Part shown: positions 29,314-42,200 of the stretch, piece by piece
How positions within the stretch are numbered: the first letter of the stretch is position 1
How the letters are laid out: every line of letters begins with the position of its first letter
Assembly (NCBI GenBank): GCA_016933575.1
Contig: JAFGAR010000028.1
Span: 192,001 to 256,000 of the forward strand
Source of the DNA: Candidatus Thorarchaeota archaeon
GTDB lineage: Archaea; Asgardarchaeota; Thorarchaeia; Thorarchaeales; Thorarchaeaceae
Length of the DNA: 64,000 nt
Direction of reading: 5' to 3'
Translations under genes and position numbers: made by a program
The notes under the pieces: model-generated
The model's input: the letters and a program-made list of their open reading frames with translations, nothing else
Database searches by the model: none
Told to the model about the DNA's origin: nothing

Positions 29314-31221
29314 GTGGTATTGAAAATATCGAGTAGAGTAATCATTTTTCTGACCATGATTTTGCTAATTGCACCTTCTGGTCTTAACAAAGCAATACCC
29401 CGGCCAAATCAAAGTGATACGATGATAGTATTTGAGACGTGCAATCAAAATCCTGTTTTTACCCACAGCTCTGAAGAACCAGTGCTCTATGATGGATTTG
29501 ATGAGTTTCCGGGTTATAATCAATCATTGTGGAACTTTGAATCCTATGGAGAGGGGTGTGTGAGTTGGTTAGTAGGCGATCAATTTGAGATGAATGCATC
29601 CAGACATTCATATCGAACACTATCATCAATCCAAACATTTGAGGTCGGTCATGAAGCTGTAATCCGGATGAAACTGCAAGAAGAGGAAGCTGTTGTCTGT
29701 GTAGGATGGACCAATCACACCGCAATTACTGAATGGAATTATCTGTTTGGTGGTGATTCAATTTTGCTTCAAGGCGCACTATCAACAGTCCTGTTAGAGA
29801 GAGTCGTGACAGAGTATTCCCAGCGAACATCCAGAATGTTATCTGGACTAGACCCATCTGTCTTTCATGATTATCGAATAGTATGGAATTCGTCAGTGAT
29901 TATTGCTTATGTTGATGATGTAAGATTGGGTGCAATAGGCGATACGATGCCTTCAGGACCGTTTCACTTCAAGATAGCAATCACAGAATTCAGGAATGTT
30001 ACAACGCAAGGTGGTGTGATAATCGATAGTGTAACAATTCGTGAACATCACTCGATGATATCAGAGTTTTCTCCGTTCATATCGCTTGGCAGTCCGGGTA
30101 ATAGCACAATCAATCTGGGAAGTGATGTAATCGACATAATTCCTGTTGGACATGATGGATTATTATATTGGTCATGGGACGGTGCCCTCAATAGCTCAAG
30201 TGAGAGCCCATATGATATTCGTCTGCCACTAGTTTCAGGTCAACATATTCTTGATGTCTATTGTCGTGATGGATATGGATATGATAATTGGGCTAGAGAG
30301 AGATTCGTTTTCATCACAATGGGAGATCCACCTGAATTAAATGCTGCTTGGATGTCTACTCCACCAACAATTGATGGTATTTTTCTAGAGAATGAATGGC
30401 CTGAAATCTCATTGATTATGCTAAACTTAGTTAGAACTGATGGTCTAATCATCGATGTCAATGTCATGATAGGAAGTGATGAGAGATTCATCTATTTTGG
30501 AATTGATTCACCAGTTGCATCAGGTCATGATTCACGTGCTGCTTTAATTATCGATGAAACCTTCGATGGAGTGTACAAAGGACATAATGGTACACCTACT
30601 AGGGCCATCTGGTATATCAAAGGCTCTCCAGATGCTTGGAAAGGTTATGATGAGATTCAAGTATTGAATCAATCAGCTCAAGGAGTAATATCTAATTTTA
30701 AACTTACACCAATTCCAAGTGGCTTTTTATCAGACTCTTCTGTAACATCTACTGGAGTACATTATGAATTTAGAGTACCCATGGAGGAATTTAATGCAGT
30801 TCCTGGTACATCTCTGGGAATTTCAGTAATGCTCTATCCTTCCGGGATGGGAGTTCATAATCTATTCTACCCACTCACATATCCATGGGAAAATGCATCA
30901 AGACTCGCCATACTGCATCTAGCGACAACTTTGGATATTTCAGTACTAATTGTGGGCAGTTCTTTAGGAATTGGATTTATAGCATTAGTAACCTATTTTG
31001 GATGGAGGAGAAGAGTCTCTGGTATATCGACATATATTGAGACCGAAGATTCAATGCGAATTGTTGAGTTAATCAAATCATACGATCAGATTACTTTAGA
31101 GAGATTGTCAAGGATGATAGGGACATCTGAGAATGAATTACGAAACAGGATTGGAGAGCTACAGAGTCAAAATGCTATTGATGTTAAAATTAGTGATAAT
31201 GGAACAATCAAGCGTAGATAA
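29314..31221 (+). CDS. Paralog of the preceding gene (lectin-like + DOMON/CBM9-like + TM + PCI/winged helix)
   Basis: FHDYRIVW..IAYVDD; PTIDGIFLENEW; HYEFRVP; TM followed by WRRR; SYDQITLERLSRMIG. Confidence 0.75.
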   Translation: MVLKISSRVIIFLTMILLIAPSGLNKAIPRPNQSDTMIVFETCNQNPVFTHSSEEPVLYDGFDEFPGYNQSLWNFESYGEGCVSWLVGDQFEMNASRHSYRTLSSIQTFEVGHEAVIRMKLQEEEAVVCVGWTNHTAITEWNYLFGGDSILLQGALSTVLLERVVTEYSQRTSRMLSGLDPSVFHDYRIVWNSSVIIAYVDDVRLGAIGDTMPSGPFHFKIAITEFRNVTTQGGVIIDSVTIREHHSMISEFSPFISLGSPGNSTINLGSDVIDIIPVGHDGLLYWSWDGALNSSSESPYDIRLPLVSGQHILDVYCRDGYGYDNWARERFVFITMGDPPELNAAWMSTPPTIDGIFLENEWPEISLIMLNLVRTDGLIIDVNVMIGSDERFIYFGIDSPVASGHDSRAALIIDETFDGVYKGHNGTPTRAIWYIKGSPDAWKGYDEIQVLNQSAQGVISNFKLTPIPSGFLSDSSVTSTGVHYEFRVPMEEFNAVPGTSLGISVMLYPSGMGVHNLFYPLTYPWENASRLAILHLATTLDISVLIVGSSLGIGFIALVTYFGWRRRVSGISTYIETEDSMRIVELIKSYDQITLERLSRMIGTSENELRNRIGELQSQNAIDVKISDNGTIKRR

Positions 31222-31235
31222 TTCATCCAAGATTC

Positions 31236-32486
31236 TTATTCATAGAATCGGCAAAGTTTGCATACAATAATTTCGGGTTCGTTAACTAAGCTTTTGAACA
31301 AATCAACAGGAGGGGTAGTAGGCAGGAGTTGCATCGGAGGTCTTCCGGGTTTTCTATTCTTACGAGAACCTGATAATTTGACAGGTGTTGGTTTAAAGTC
31401 ATTTGCTAGATTGACGATTCCAGAAAGATGTTCTCGCCAAGTCCTGTCACTGCCCAAACCAGCTAGTGGCTCATATCCACCATAGCCTGTAATCATATCG
31501 AGATACCCAGTGAGACCTCGAGCAGGATTGAAACAGATGACCAAGCCTGTTAGTATGATAGCACGAGAACAGTGGTCAGATACTCTTTGTCCAGTACAGC
31601 CAACTACCTCAAGACCTCTGCAGAAATCAAGGAACAACATTCTTGTTTTATCAGAATTGAAATCATCATCAATGTTGAGATGCTTTGAGAGTTCTGTGAA
31701 GCCTGTAAATCTTATGCCCTCATCTAGGTGATTCTCTATCTGATGAATTAGAGCATCTCTCCAGGAAAACTGGATTCGATGGTAATTATCAATTGATTTC
31801 CATTCAGCATCACTGACATAGATAATGATGTAAGGATCATCCAGATTCCCGTTCCATGAGGCTTTCCTGTTGACTAGATCAATAGCAACTGATACACGTT
31901 CATTACCAAGTGGAAAACTAGTTCTAAATCGTTCGGTCATAACACCTTGATAATCAACAAAGAACAGAATATCTTCATCACGTAAATTGGTATCAGTCTC
32001 CTTTGAAGTTAATTCAACGACCAATTGAGTTTGATTATCATCAATCCTAACGAGATGCCATGATACAGCAATCGCTTGATATTGCGGTAAAACCTTTCCA
32101 AGAGATGTTCCTTGGATAAGATAGAGAATTCCTGTGTGAATATTATCAATTGCACACCAAATATCAAGTGAGACTCGAGTCACTCCCTTGTTGACTGCTG
32201 AATCTAAAACCATTAGCACATATTTTGATTCTATCATTCCAGCAAGCCAAGAAGTCCTAGATGTTGAAGTATTTCGATCAAGTACGACACCCATCCTGAT
32301 CTCACTCAGGATTTCAACGAGCACCTCATCAAAGCTACTACTGACCTTTGCGTTATCAAGAATTATGGAATGTTTTAGAGTTGTTTGCTCATGTTGGAAT
32401 TCAGAAGGGGACATTACCCTTGTACAGATGTTCTTTACTAATTTGACTGATGTCTCTAGTTGGTTTTCAAAGGGATTAGATATCAT
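31236..32486 (-). CDS. Orphan hypothetical protein, AT-rich
   Basis: 416-aa open frame; no recognised motif; ends CKLC. Confidence 0.65.
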   Translation of the reverse strand: MISNPFENQLETSVKLVKNICTRVMSPSEFQHEQTTLKHSIILDNAKVSSSFDEVLVEILSEIRMGVVLDRNTSTSRTSWLAGMIESKYVLMVLDSAVNKGVTRVSLDIWCAIDNIHTGILYLIQGTSLGKVLPQYQAIAVSWHLVRIDDNQTQLVVELTSKETDTNLRDEDILFFVDYQGVMTERFRTSFPLGNERVSVAIDLVNRKASWNGNLDDPYIIIYVSDAEWKSIDNYHRIQFSWRDALIHQIENHLDEGIRFTGFTELSKHLNIDDDFNSDKTRMLFLDFCRGLEVVGCTGQRVSDHCSRAIILTGLVICFNPARGLTGYLDMITGYGGYEPLAGLGSDRTWREHLSGIVNLANDFKPTPVKLSGSRKNRKPGRPPMQLLPTTPPVDLFKSLVNEPEIIVCKLCRFYE

Positions 32487-32705
32487 TGTTTATTTCCTGT
32501 ACTCTATTTCTAATCAAATCTTTGCAAATACACGAGAAAATAGAATACGATATGCAACTCATTAATGATAGGGTTTGTCCCGTATTTGTTCAGTACTAAC
32601 ATCGGAATTTTGGCAACGAACTAAAACTCGACCGTAAAAAAATCTTATCATATCATTTTAACATTCATTTTTCGCTTGCGTGCATCACTTAGGATGGTGT
32701 AATGA

Positions 32706-33149
32706 TTGATTGATTTACCAATTCTAAGTATTGACTTAGAGGGAGCTCCAGTAGAATATCTCCTAGACCAAGTTCTATCGCCAACAGATGCAAGTATTAT
32801 AAATGCTGTGACTAAATTTAAGGAAAAGAAAAGTAAATTTCCTTCAGCAATGGAGATTCTTGAAGAATTATCTTCAACATCTAGCTTGAAGAAAACACAA
32901 CTATATGATAGACTTAGTAGGCTTTCTGCTAGAGGATTCATTACTGTAAAACTACTACCTAGACCACGACGGTATCAAGTCAATCTTGAAACTATCATAG
33001 GTGGCGTAAAGAACTGGGTAGAAGAACAAAGGGTTTCCTTAGAAGGCATAACAAATGAGTTGCAATCAATTCAAAATTTCCTGAATCAGATGGATACCAA
33101 AATCTTAGCTTGTGCAATAGCAGAAAAGCTATCTGTTAGAAATACCTAG
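32706..33149 (+). CDS. TrmB-like helix-turn-helix transcriptional regulator
   Basis: SAMEI..KKTQLYDRLSRLSARGFI..PRPRRYQV followed by a coiled coil. Confidence 0.8.
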   Translation: MIDLPILSIDLEGAPVEYLLDQVLSPTDASIINAVTKFKEKKSKFPSAMEILEELSSTSSLKKTQLYDRLSRLSARGFITVKLLPRPRRYQVNLETIIGGVKNWVEEQRVSLEGITNELQSIQNFLNQMDTKILACAIAEKLSVRNT

Positions 33150-33187
33150 TACCTTGGGGGCAAGGAGAACAAGACTTCTGTCTGGTT

Positions 33188-33211
33188 GGAAAGGAGGGGG
33201 GGACCCCTCCT
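33188..33211 (-). terminator. GC-rich hairpin just downstream of the giant gene
   Basis: AGGAGGGG (33192-99)/CCCCTCCT (33204-11), between convergent genes. Confidence 0.55.
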
Positions 33212-33226
33212 CAATATTTGAACAAA

Positions 33227-36200
33227 CTACTCTTCTTTCTCAAGGTGAATTGCTATGTTACCTCCTCCTAAATAGCCAATGGGGGCAAAACCTATCTCAT
33301 GGAATACGAGTCCATTTTTGTCCAAGACACGAATCTGATAGACATCAATACCACCGGATTCATCAACATCCCAGACATCTACTCGAAACTGATAATTCCC
33401 GACATCCCAGAGAAGTTCTCCGGTTTCAGAGTTGTACTTCTGAATAGTACATCTACCTTCAAAGAATGCATGGTCCTCCTCAATTGCCATTCCAATCCAT
33501 GCATTACTCTTGATGATTGATAGCCAATCCCCTTCTCGGAAGGTGTAGATGGATTGACCCTTAGGAAGACCTTTCTTTGTATACTTCACATTAAAGCCAA
33601 AGTTACTCTTACTACCAGAGGGTCCAATAATCCATCCACCTCCTGTAACGAAATCTCCAGTTGGTTCAAAGATTGTCAAAATTACAGGATCCGAATCTGG
33701 TCCGTTATAGTAGGGATTATCACCAGATTCAATTGACACAATGATAATGTAACCATTCTCAGATAGATTGTCAATCTCGAGTGTGATAACTCCTACACCA
33801 TCCACACTACTCTCCTCCAAGTACACTGGTCCGAAAACCAAGACTGGAGCATTCAAATCAATTGGCACATTGTAGATTCTGAATGTCACCTGTATCCTTG
33901 TGATATCCCCATAGAAACCGTCATCCTCATCGAAGACAGTGACTCTGATTGTTATCTCATCAGAAGTAGTAGGAACAACTGTTGAGCCAGTGTACTCTGG
34001 AATAGCAGTCTCTTTCTCTATTGTGTAAGATGCGGAATCATCACAGAACGAAAATTCAGAATCTGCATTGAATGTAGAAACCACAGTATAGACTCCTGCT
34101 GGTTGATTGATGATCATAGATGCCGTGGCAATTCCAAATTCATCTGTTACAGCAGAGGTAGATTGGGCACCCAGAATGAAGTAGATGACCTTTCCAGAAA
34201 TTAGCTCTTGAGTCGCTATATCAACTAGTTGTGCCTGTAACTGAGTTGGGTCAGAATAGTCTCCTACAACTTCTCCGATGTAGGTGAGTTCCACTGCATT
34301 GACAATCACGTCAAAGCTATGATAGTCTTCCAGATTACCAGCAACATCTATACTGCGATAGTTTATAGTGTGATAACCGAATTCAGTGATATAGAATGGA
34401 ATTAAATATTCAATCCAGACTCCCATGTTAATTCGATACTCTGTTCTTGCAACTCCTGCAAGATTATCAACAGCCTCCAATGTGATTGGAGTGACTGTCT
34501 TGATATAGGTTGGATCGATACTGAACTTCGGTTCACAAATAGAGTGAGATGTAATGGGAGATGTCTGATCAAGTGTGAAAGAAACTGATTGTGTTGATTC
34601 TTGGTTTCCTGCAAAATCACTAGACCAGAACTCCAATAGATACACTCCGTCCTCGATAAATGACAATCCTGATTCGTATTTGATCCACGCAGCACCATTC
34701 ACACGGTAATATGTTTCACAGACGCCAGAAGTATCATCACTGAAGGAGAGAACAACACCAATCGGTGAGATGTACCAGTTAGCCAATCCATTTGGTATTG
34801 CGGGTGTAAGACTGGCAATTGATTCAGGTGCAACTGTATCAATCTTGAAGTCTGCAGATTTTTGTGGAGCTTCTACATTTCCAAGGTTATCAACTACCCA
34901 GTATTCAAGATTATGGAATCCCTCAACCGTCACATCAAATGATCCGACATATTCTGTTGCAGGACCAGCATCCAATGAATAGAAGATTGCTGATACTCCG
35001 CTACCTGCATCACTTGATGAAAGCTCAACAGCTACAATTGAAACGAACCAGTCGTTATCACCCATATTACCAATGAAGGTATGGATGGATGAAGGAGCAG
35101 TGTTGTCTAAGATGTAGGTCTCTGAAATGATATCCTCTTGAGCACCAAGATAATCTACGCTGTAGTATTCAATAATGTATTGACCATCAGGACCAACAAG
35201 ATAGAATGATGATGAGTACAGCACCCAAGCACCCTCGTCTATTCTGTAGAAGATTGAGTCAACTCCAACCCCCTCGTCAATCGCACTTAAACTGAGTGAA
35301 GTTGCAGAGGTGATGTAAGAATTGAATATTGGGCTTCCTTCAATAATCGAGGTCACTGGTGAAGTATCGTCAACAACAAATTGCTCAGTCACTGATGTTT
35401 CCATATTACCAAGATTATCGATTCCATAGTAGGATATTGAATGCAATCCATCAACAGAGGGTAGTGTGAATGGACCAATATATGGAACATAGAGTCCAGA
35501 ATCAATACTATAGAATAACGCAGCCACGCCAGAGCCGCCATCAGCAACATTGATTGAAATCTCAGTGAACGATGTCAGATATGGATCTGAGTAGGGTGTT
35601 CCAATCACTAGAGATGATATCGGTGCAGAGTTATCGAGATTGATTACAATGGAGAGCACATCTTCTGTGTTACCTAAGTAATCAATGCTATAGTACTCGA
35701 TCAGATACGTATCATCGGGACCAAGAACTGTAAATGAACCACTATAGGTCTCCCATCCACCACCGTTGATACAATAGAAAATCGAATCAACGCCAACACC
35801 CAAACCATCATTTGCAGCAAGTGAGATTGGAGTAACTGATGTGATGTAATCGCCAGATATGGGTTCACCAAAGCTCAAGACGGTTTCAGGGGGTGTATTA
35901 TCCAGCCTGTGTACTTGTGACTGGAAAATCTCCTCATTCGCCACGAAGTCAACTGAGTAAAACTCGATAGTGTATTCACCATCAGGTCCAAGTAGGCTAA
36001 ATGGATCGCTATACTCTATCCAGGAACCACCATTAATACGATAGAAAGTCCAAAAGTACCCAATACCAGCATCAACACTTGTGAGAGCGAACACTGTTTC
36101 AGTTGTCACAAATTCACCAACGGTTGGAGAACCAATAGATTTCGTAGTAACAGGAGCAGTATTGTCCAAGAAGAACCATACTGTTGTTTCTAGTTCACAG

Positions 36201-39200
36201 TTGCCAGCTGTATCAATTGAGTAGAATCCTAGTGTGTGATATCCATCAGACCCAAAGATGTAGAATGGATCATCGTATTCAATCCAAGATCCTCCATCAA
36301 TTCGATAAAATGATAACGAAACTCCGGAAATGTCATCTGAGAAAGTAAGATAGAATTCAGACCAGGAGGTAATATAGAATTCGAAAATAGGACCCCCTGT
36401 TAAGTAGTAAGTGAATGGGCAACTCTTGTCAATGTAGATATCAATCTGATTTATAGTTTCAATATTCTCTGCAATGTCAATAGAATAGAAGTAGAATGTT
36501 GTGAGACCTTCATTCTGAATCAATTCTGGTGAAGTATAGGTAAACCATGTGACTCCATCAACACTGTAGTATATGTTTTCGATTTCTGAAACCGTGTCAA
36601 CTGCAGTCAGTTCAACGAAGACATCAGACACAAACCAACCATTCAATCCTTCAGTACCACTCAAACTATGATGAGTTGTTGGAGGTGCATTATCCTCCAT
36701 GGCTCCAAATATCGAGAGATGAGTGACCTCTCCATAGATGATATTGTTGACTTCATCAACCCAGGTCGTACAGTCCTGCCAACCAGCAGGTTCAGCCCAA
36801 TGCCAGAGTTTGAGATTCTTCTCAAGACCATGAACTAGAGTCGCATCGTATGGTAGTGCCACTATAATCACACCATCAAATACAGCAGTTGTAGTGATGT
36901 TGTAATAGAGCCCCATTAATCTGAAATCATCAGGTGGATGTGGACCAGTTTCAGTAATCTCAACTTCAGTTGTTCCGGGAACCGAGGTTTCATCAAAGGT
37001 CAATGAAATTCCAGTTTCAGGATCTATGACTTCAATGTCAGAGCCAGCAGGAGTGTTTCCTTCAACGGTTAGCCATGCTGTATCTGAAGCCTGATTTCCA
37101 TAAGCATCGAACGCTACGAAAGTGAAGTTATAGGTTCCAGGATTGAGCAAGTCTACACTGATACTAATGTCAGAACCAATCCAAAGTCCAGAATCAACTT
37201 GAGTGCCATTTCTCAAGATGATATAGGAATCCGGATAGAGATCTGAAAAGCTCCAAGTTAATGAGTGGCCAGGTACGCCAGCCTCATAGACAAGGTCATC
37301 AGGACCTATGATATCAGGAGGTGTCGTATCTTCAACAATAACAGTCACTTGATGTGAACCAGCATTGTTGAATACATCCCAACAAGTCAGGATGTAGTAA
37401 TACGTTCCAGGATCATTACCATCAATGTTGTAACTGATAGTGGTTCCACCCCATAGACCCAATCGAACAGGTACACCATTGAGTGAAATCTCATAATCGA
37501 ATGGATGCAGATCAAATACATCCCAGACGATTTGATTTCCAGTACTACCAGCCTCATAGATGATTTCAGAGGGTCCGCTGACCGATGGTGGTGTAGTGTC
37601 CTCAACAATTACTGTTACTTGATGTGATGCTGAATTGCCAGATTCATCATAACATATCAGAGTGTAGTGGTATGTTCCAGCTGTGTGTCCATCGATATTG
37701 TATTCAATTGTACCGCTGGTCCAATCATCCGAAAATACAGGACCACCATTGAGGGTAACCTCATAGGTAGTTGGGTACAGATCGGTTGCAGTCCAGACAA
37801 TTGTATGCCCGGTAGTACCATCTTCATAGACAATCTCTAACGGTCCATCAATGGATGGTGGAGTAGTATCTACAATGTATACCCATACAGAATCGGATGC
37901 CCAATTGCTGTTTGCATCAAAGAATGTTATCGAGTGATTGTATGCACCAACACCTCGATCGATAATCGTGATCGTCAATGAGGTGCCAGTCCAAGGTCCT
38001 TCTCTTGTTTCCACACCATCCCAGAGGATATACCTGTCAGGATATAGATCGAAACAATACCATGTGATTGTATTTCCTGAAGAGCCAGCTTCGACATAGA
38101 TATCATCTAGAGGTGATGTGATCAATGGTTTGGTTGTGTCTTCTACAACTACAGTTACTTCGTGCGACCCTTCATTATTGAAAACATCCCAACAGGTTAG
38201 AGTGTAATAATAGGTCCCTGGATTATGGCCATCAATATTGCGTTGTATATCGTTGCCGCTCCACAGACCAAGAACTATTGGTTCACCATCGAGAGAAATC
38301 ATATACCGTAGAGGATGAGGTTCAGAAGCAGTCCAGAATATCTGATTACCCAAACTACCTGCTTCATATTCGATTTGGGTTGGTCCATCAACTGCTGGCG
38401 GAGTGGTATCCACAACTATTGCAGTTACCTGATGTGATGCTGAATTACCAGAGGTATCATAACAAGTCACTGTGTAGTAATAGGTACCAGGGCTATGTCC
38501 ATCGATACTGTATTCGATAGTGTTTCCAACCCATAAATCTGCAAATACAGGTACGCCATTAAGAGTAATCTCGTAGTTAGATTGGAATAAATCTGTTGCA
38601 GTCCAAACGATTACATTTCCAGTACTTCCTTCCTCGTAAGTAATCGATGATATCCCATCAACATCTGGATTAACTGTATCCACAACTGTAATTGTGAACT
38701 CAGTGTAAGCAACATTGTCGTAAGCATCATAGCAATAGAACTCGTAAGTGAAGACTCCAACCAGAGAAGCATCAAAAATGAATTGAATTGGTGTTATGCC
38801 ATCCCACTCACCTGAAGCGACTAATCCACCTTCATAATAGATCTCATATGTTCCAGGATAGAGGTCAAATGGTTGGATTTCACCAACATTGCCTATACTT
38901 CCACCCTCAGCATTAAATGAAATCCCAGGTAGAACAGGAGGAGTAAGATCAACTACAGTCACTATGACAGTGCTAGATGATGATAGTCCTACTTGGTCAT
39001 AGACTTGTATTCTAAATTCGTAGACACCGGGGTCAAGACCATCAATGGCTATAGTAATTGTACCACCAAACCAATCACCAGACGTATATTCCACATTGTC
39101 AAGATAGACTATGAATGAGATTGGACAGAAATCATCAGGAGACCATGTGATAGTATGCCCTGTGGTTCCTGCTTCATATGGATCAACTATCGGATTATCG

Positions 39201-42200
39201 ATAGAAGGTGGTGTTGCAGGTTCGACGATTACGACAACAGCATCTGCAATCCAGTTGTTGTATATATCAAAGACTTGAATGATGAAGTAGTAATTACCAG
39301 CGACTAAGCCATCGAGCGAAACTTCAACTGGACCTCCACTCCAGCTACTAACTTCAAACAATGCTCCGTCTAAGAATATCTTGTAGTATTGAGGATTTGC
39401 CTCAACGGGAGCCCACACTATATTCTCACCAGTTATTCCTTCTTCAAATATGATGTCTTCAGGATTATCAATACTGGGTGGCAGGTACTCCCTAACCACA
39501 TCAATATATTCGTCATTACTCCAATAGCTATGTGAACCAGTGTCGTCGATAGCCCGCACTCTGAGGTAACATTCTCCATATGGTAGTGCAGTCAGTGATA
39601 TTTGCAAGTCTGTTGTAGTAAACTCACCCTGTATTATCGAAAATATCGGACTTGCACTATATTGGACTTGGTAGTATGAGATGCTTCCCAGAGAAGATAC
39701 ACTTAAGGTCCAAGACAATGAAACACTCCCATCAGTACTTATTGTGCCAGGATTATTCAAAACTGGTCGAGTGACATAGACTACCAAAGGAGTTGGATTA
39801 AATATAGTGACACCAGTAGAGTATACTACCATACTACCAGCTGAAAATCCTGCATGATATCCAACTGCAAAATCTGCGATACCATTAAAATCAAAATCGC
39901 CATAGTAGAAAGATATTACGGAATTTGTGGATGTCCTTTGGAAAATAATACTATTAGTTTCCCAATCTATTATTTGGAATTCCCCGGTCCATGCACCATT
40001 AGCATAACCAATACCTACTGCAATCTCAAAATTCTGATCAGAATCGAAGTTTGCAGCTTTTACGATATTCGGGCAGATATTAGTGCCTAATGTATATGAC
40101 CACAATAGATCCAAATTGTTATCATACATATTCACATAGTTGATAGTAGCATCTTGTTCTCTTAATCCTGCAATAATACGCAAACTACCATTTGACGCAA
40201 TTGTTGCAGTTTGTATTGATGTGACTAGAAACGGACCTAATGATATGGAATCTTGGACTTCATGAGAAGCTCCATCTACAATGAAGAGAGTTCCTTCGAA
40301 GGGTGCATAAAGAGAATCTCTGCTACCAAAAATAAGTTCTAACGCCGGATCGGAATCGATATTCGCAAGACTATGATAGCCGCCTAAACAGAGCCCATAT
40401 TCTGAAGATCGCCACTCTTCCGAATGTGTCTTTCCATTATACACGAGGACGAGTCCGTTAATCATATTACTGCCATCCCGTTCAAAATCCGTGATGCCAA
40501 TGATTTCTTGTTCACCATCTGCGTCTATATCTTCGACCCAGAGACTATACACACCATTATTGATAGGACTCAACCATTCTAGTGCACCGGTTAATCCATT
40601 ATAGACAGCAATACCAGCAATAGGACCAGTTTGCCACCATCCGCATGTACCAACTAATATCTCAATCTGTCCATCTTCATCAGGATCACCCAAGGCAACA
40701 ACGCGGGCATATCCAGCACTTAGATAGATTGTCCGTTCTAAAGAGTGAGTTATCCCATTGTATATCTGAATGTAACCTGTCGAACCATATCCTGGTTCTA
40801 TTGCAACTATGGTTTCAGGTACACCATCAGCATCAACATCACCAGATACGATATCATGAACGATTCCAATATTCCCAGTTTCCCAGAGGAATTCCAACGA
40901 GGGATTCGTGGGTGCTGGAACCCCAGTATCATACACTTCCATACAACCCGAGGAAAATCCTGCATGATATCCAATTGCTAGTTCTGTAAATCCATCTCCG
41001 TTGATATCCTCCACACATACCACCAGACCGGCATTCTTGTTCGGTCTTGTGTATAGCAGCGACTGGGATACAGCATCAATGATTCGAAAATGCCCGTACC
41101 AATTCCCTGAAGCATCAGCAATACCTGCAGCGATTTCAAGCGTTGGATCAGTATCAAGGTTAGCCATTGTGATACTGTAGGAATAGAGACCAGTACCAAT
41201 GAAATATTCCCAATTGAAATTCAAACTTGTATCATAAGCACGGAGAAAGCCTGTGCCAGCCGCTTGGTCTATGAATCCAACTACGAGATCGAGAGAACCA
41301 TCAATATCATAATCAGCAGCATCGAAACACATAGTGTGCAGTGCGCCAACTACAAGTGAGTCCTGAACGGTATGAGTAGCACCATCTACAATCCAGATTG
41401 TGTTGGTATATGGTAGGTCGTTAGCGGTACGACCACCGAAAACTAACTCCAATGCCGGATCATCGTCGAGGTTCCCTATCCAACTATAGTCACCAATTCC
41501 AAACCCGAAGCTACTGGTTTCCCATTCTATTGCCTTCGTTTGACCATCAATTATCATTACAGTTCCAGGAGTCCTGATGTTGTTTACACGTTCAGTGATC
41601 ACCATTCCAATGATTTCCATTGCACCATCCGCATCGATATCTTCAACTCCAACTGTATGGAACGCTTCATGCCGCACAGTTTCCCACTCTAACGCGCCAG
41701 TCGTTCCAGAAAAGACTCTGATCCTCCCGATAGGTCCTGATTGCCAAGTACCCACAGTTCCAACCACAATTTCTATTGTTCCATCATGATCACAATCACC
41801 TAGGGCAAGGCTTCTTGCGTAACCATCAGCCATATAGATGATTCTCTCGAGTGAATGAGTCAGTCCATCGTATACACGTACATGGCCTACACCATAGGAT
41901 GATTCGATGGCAAGAACGATTTCATTTCGCCCGTCAGCATCAACATCGCCAACACGGATATCATGTACGATTCCGATATTGCCAGTGTCCCAAGTCAATG
42001 ATAGTGAAACTGGACCAGATTCATAGTTTATCACTTCAAATTCTATGCTTTGGACTACTTCACAATTACCAGCCATATCTACAGAATAGCATTCGAATAG
42101 ATAGAAACCAGATTGAGCAATTGTGAGAGTTTGATCATACCGGTGCCATGGACCACCATTTAGACGATATTCAACATAGTTCGGTCCGCTTTCTTGATCC

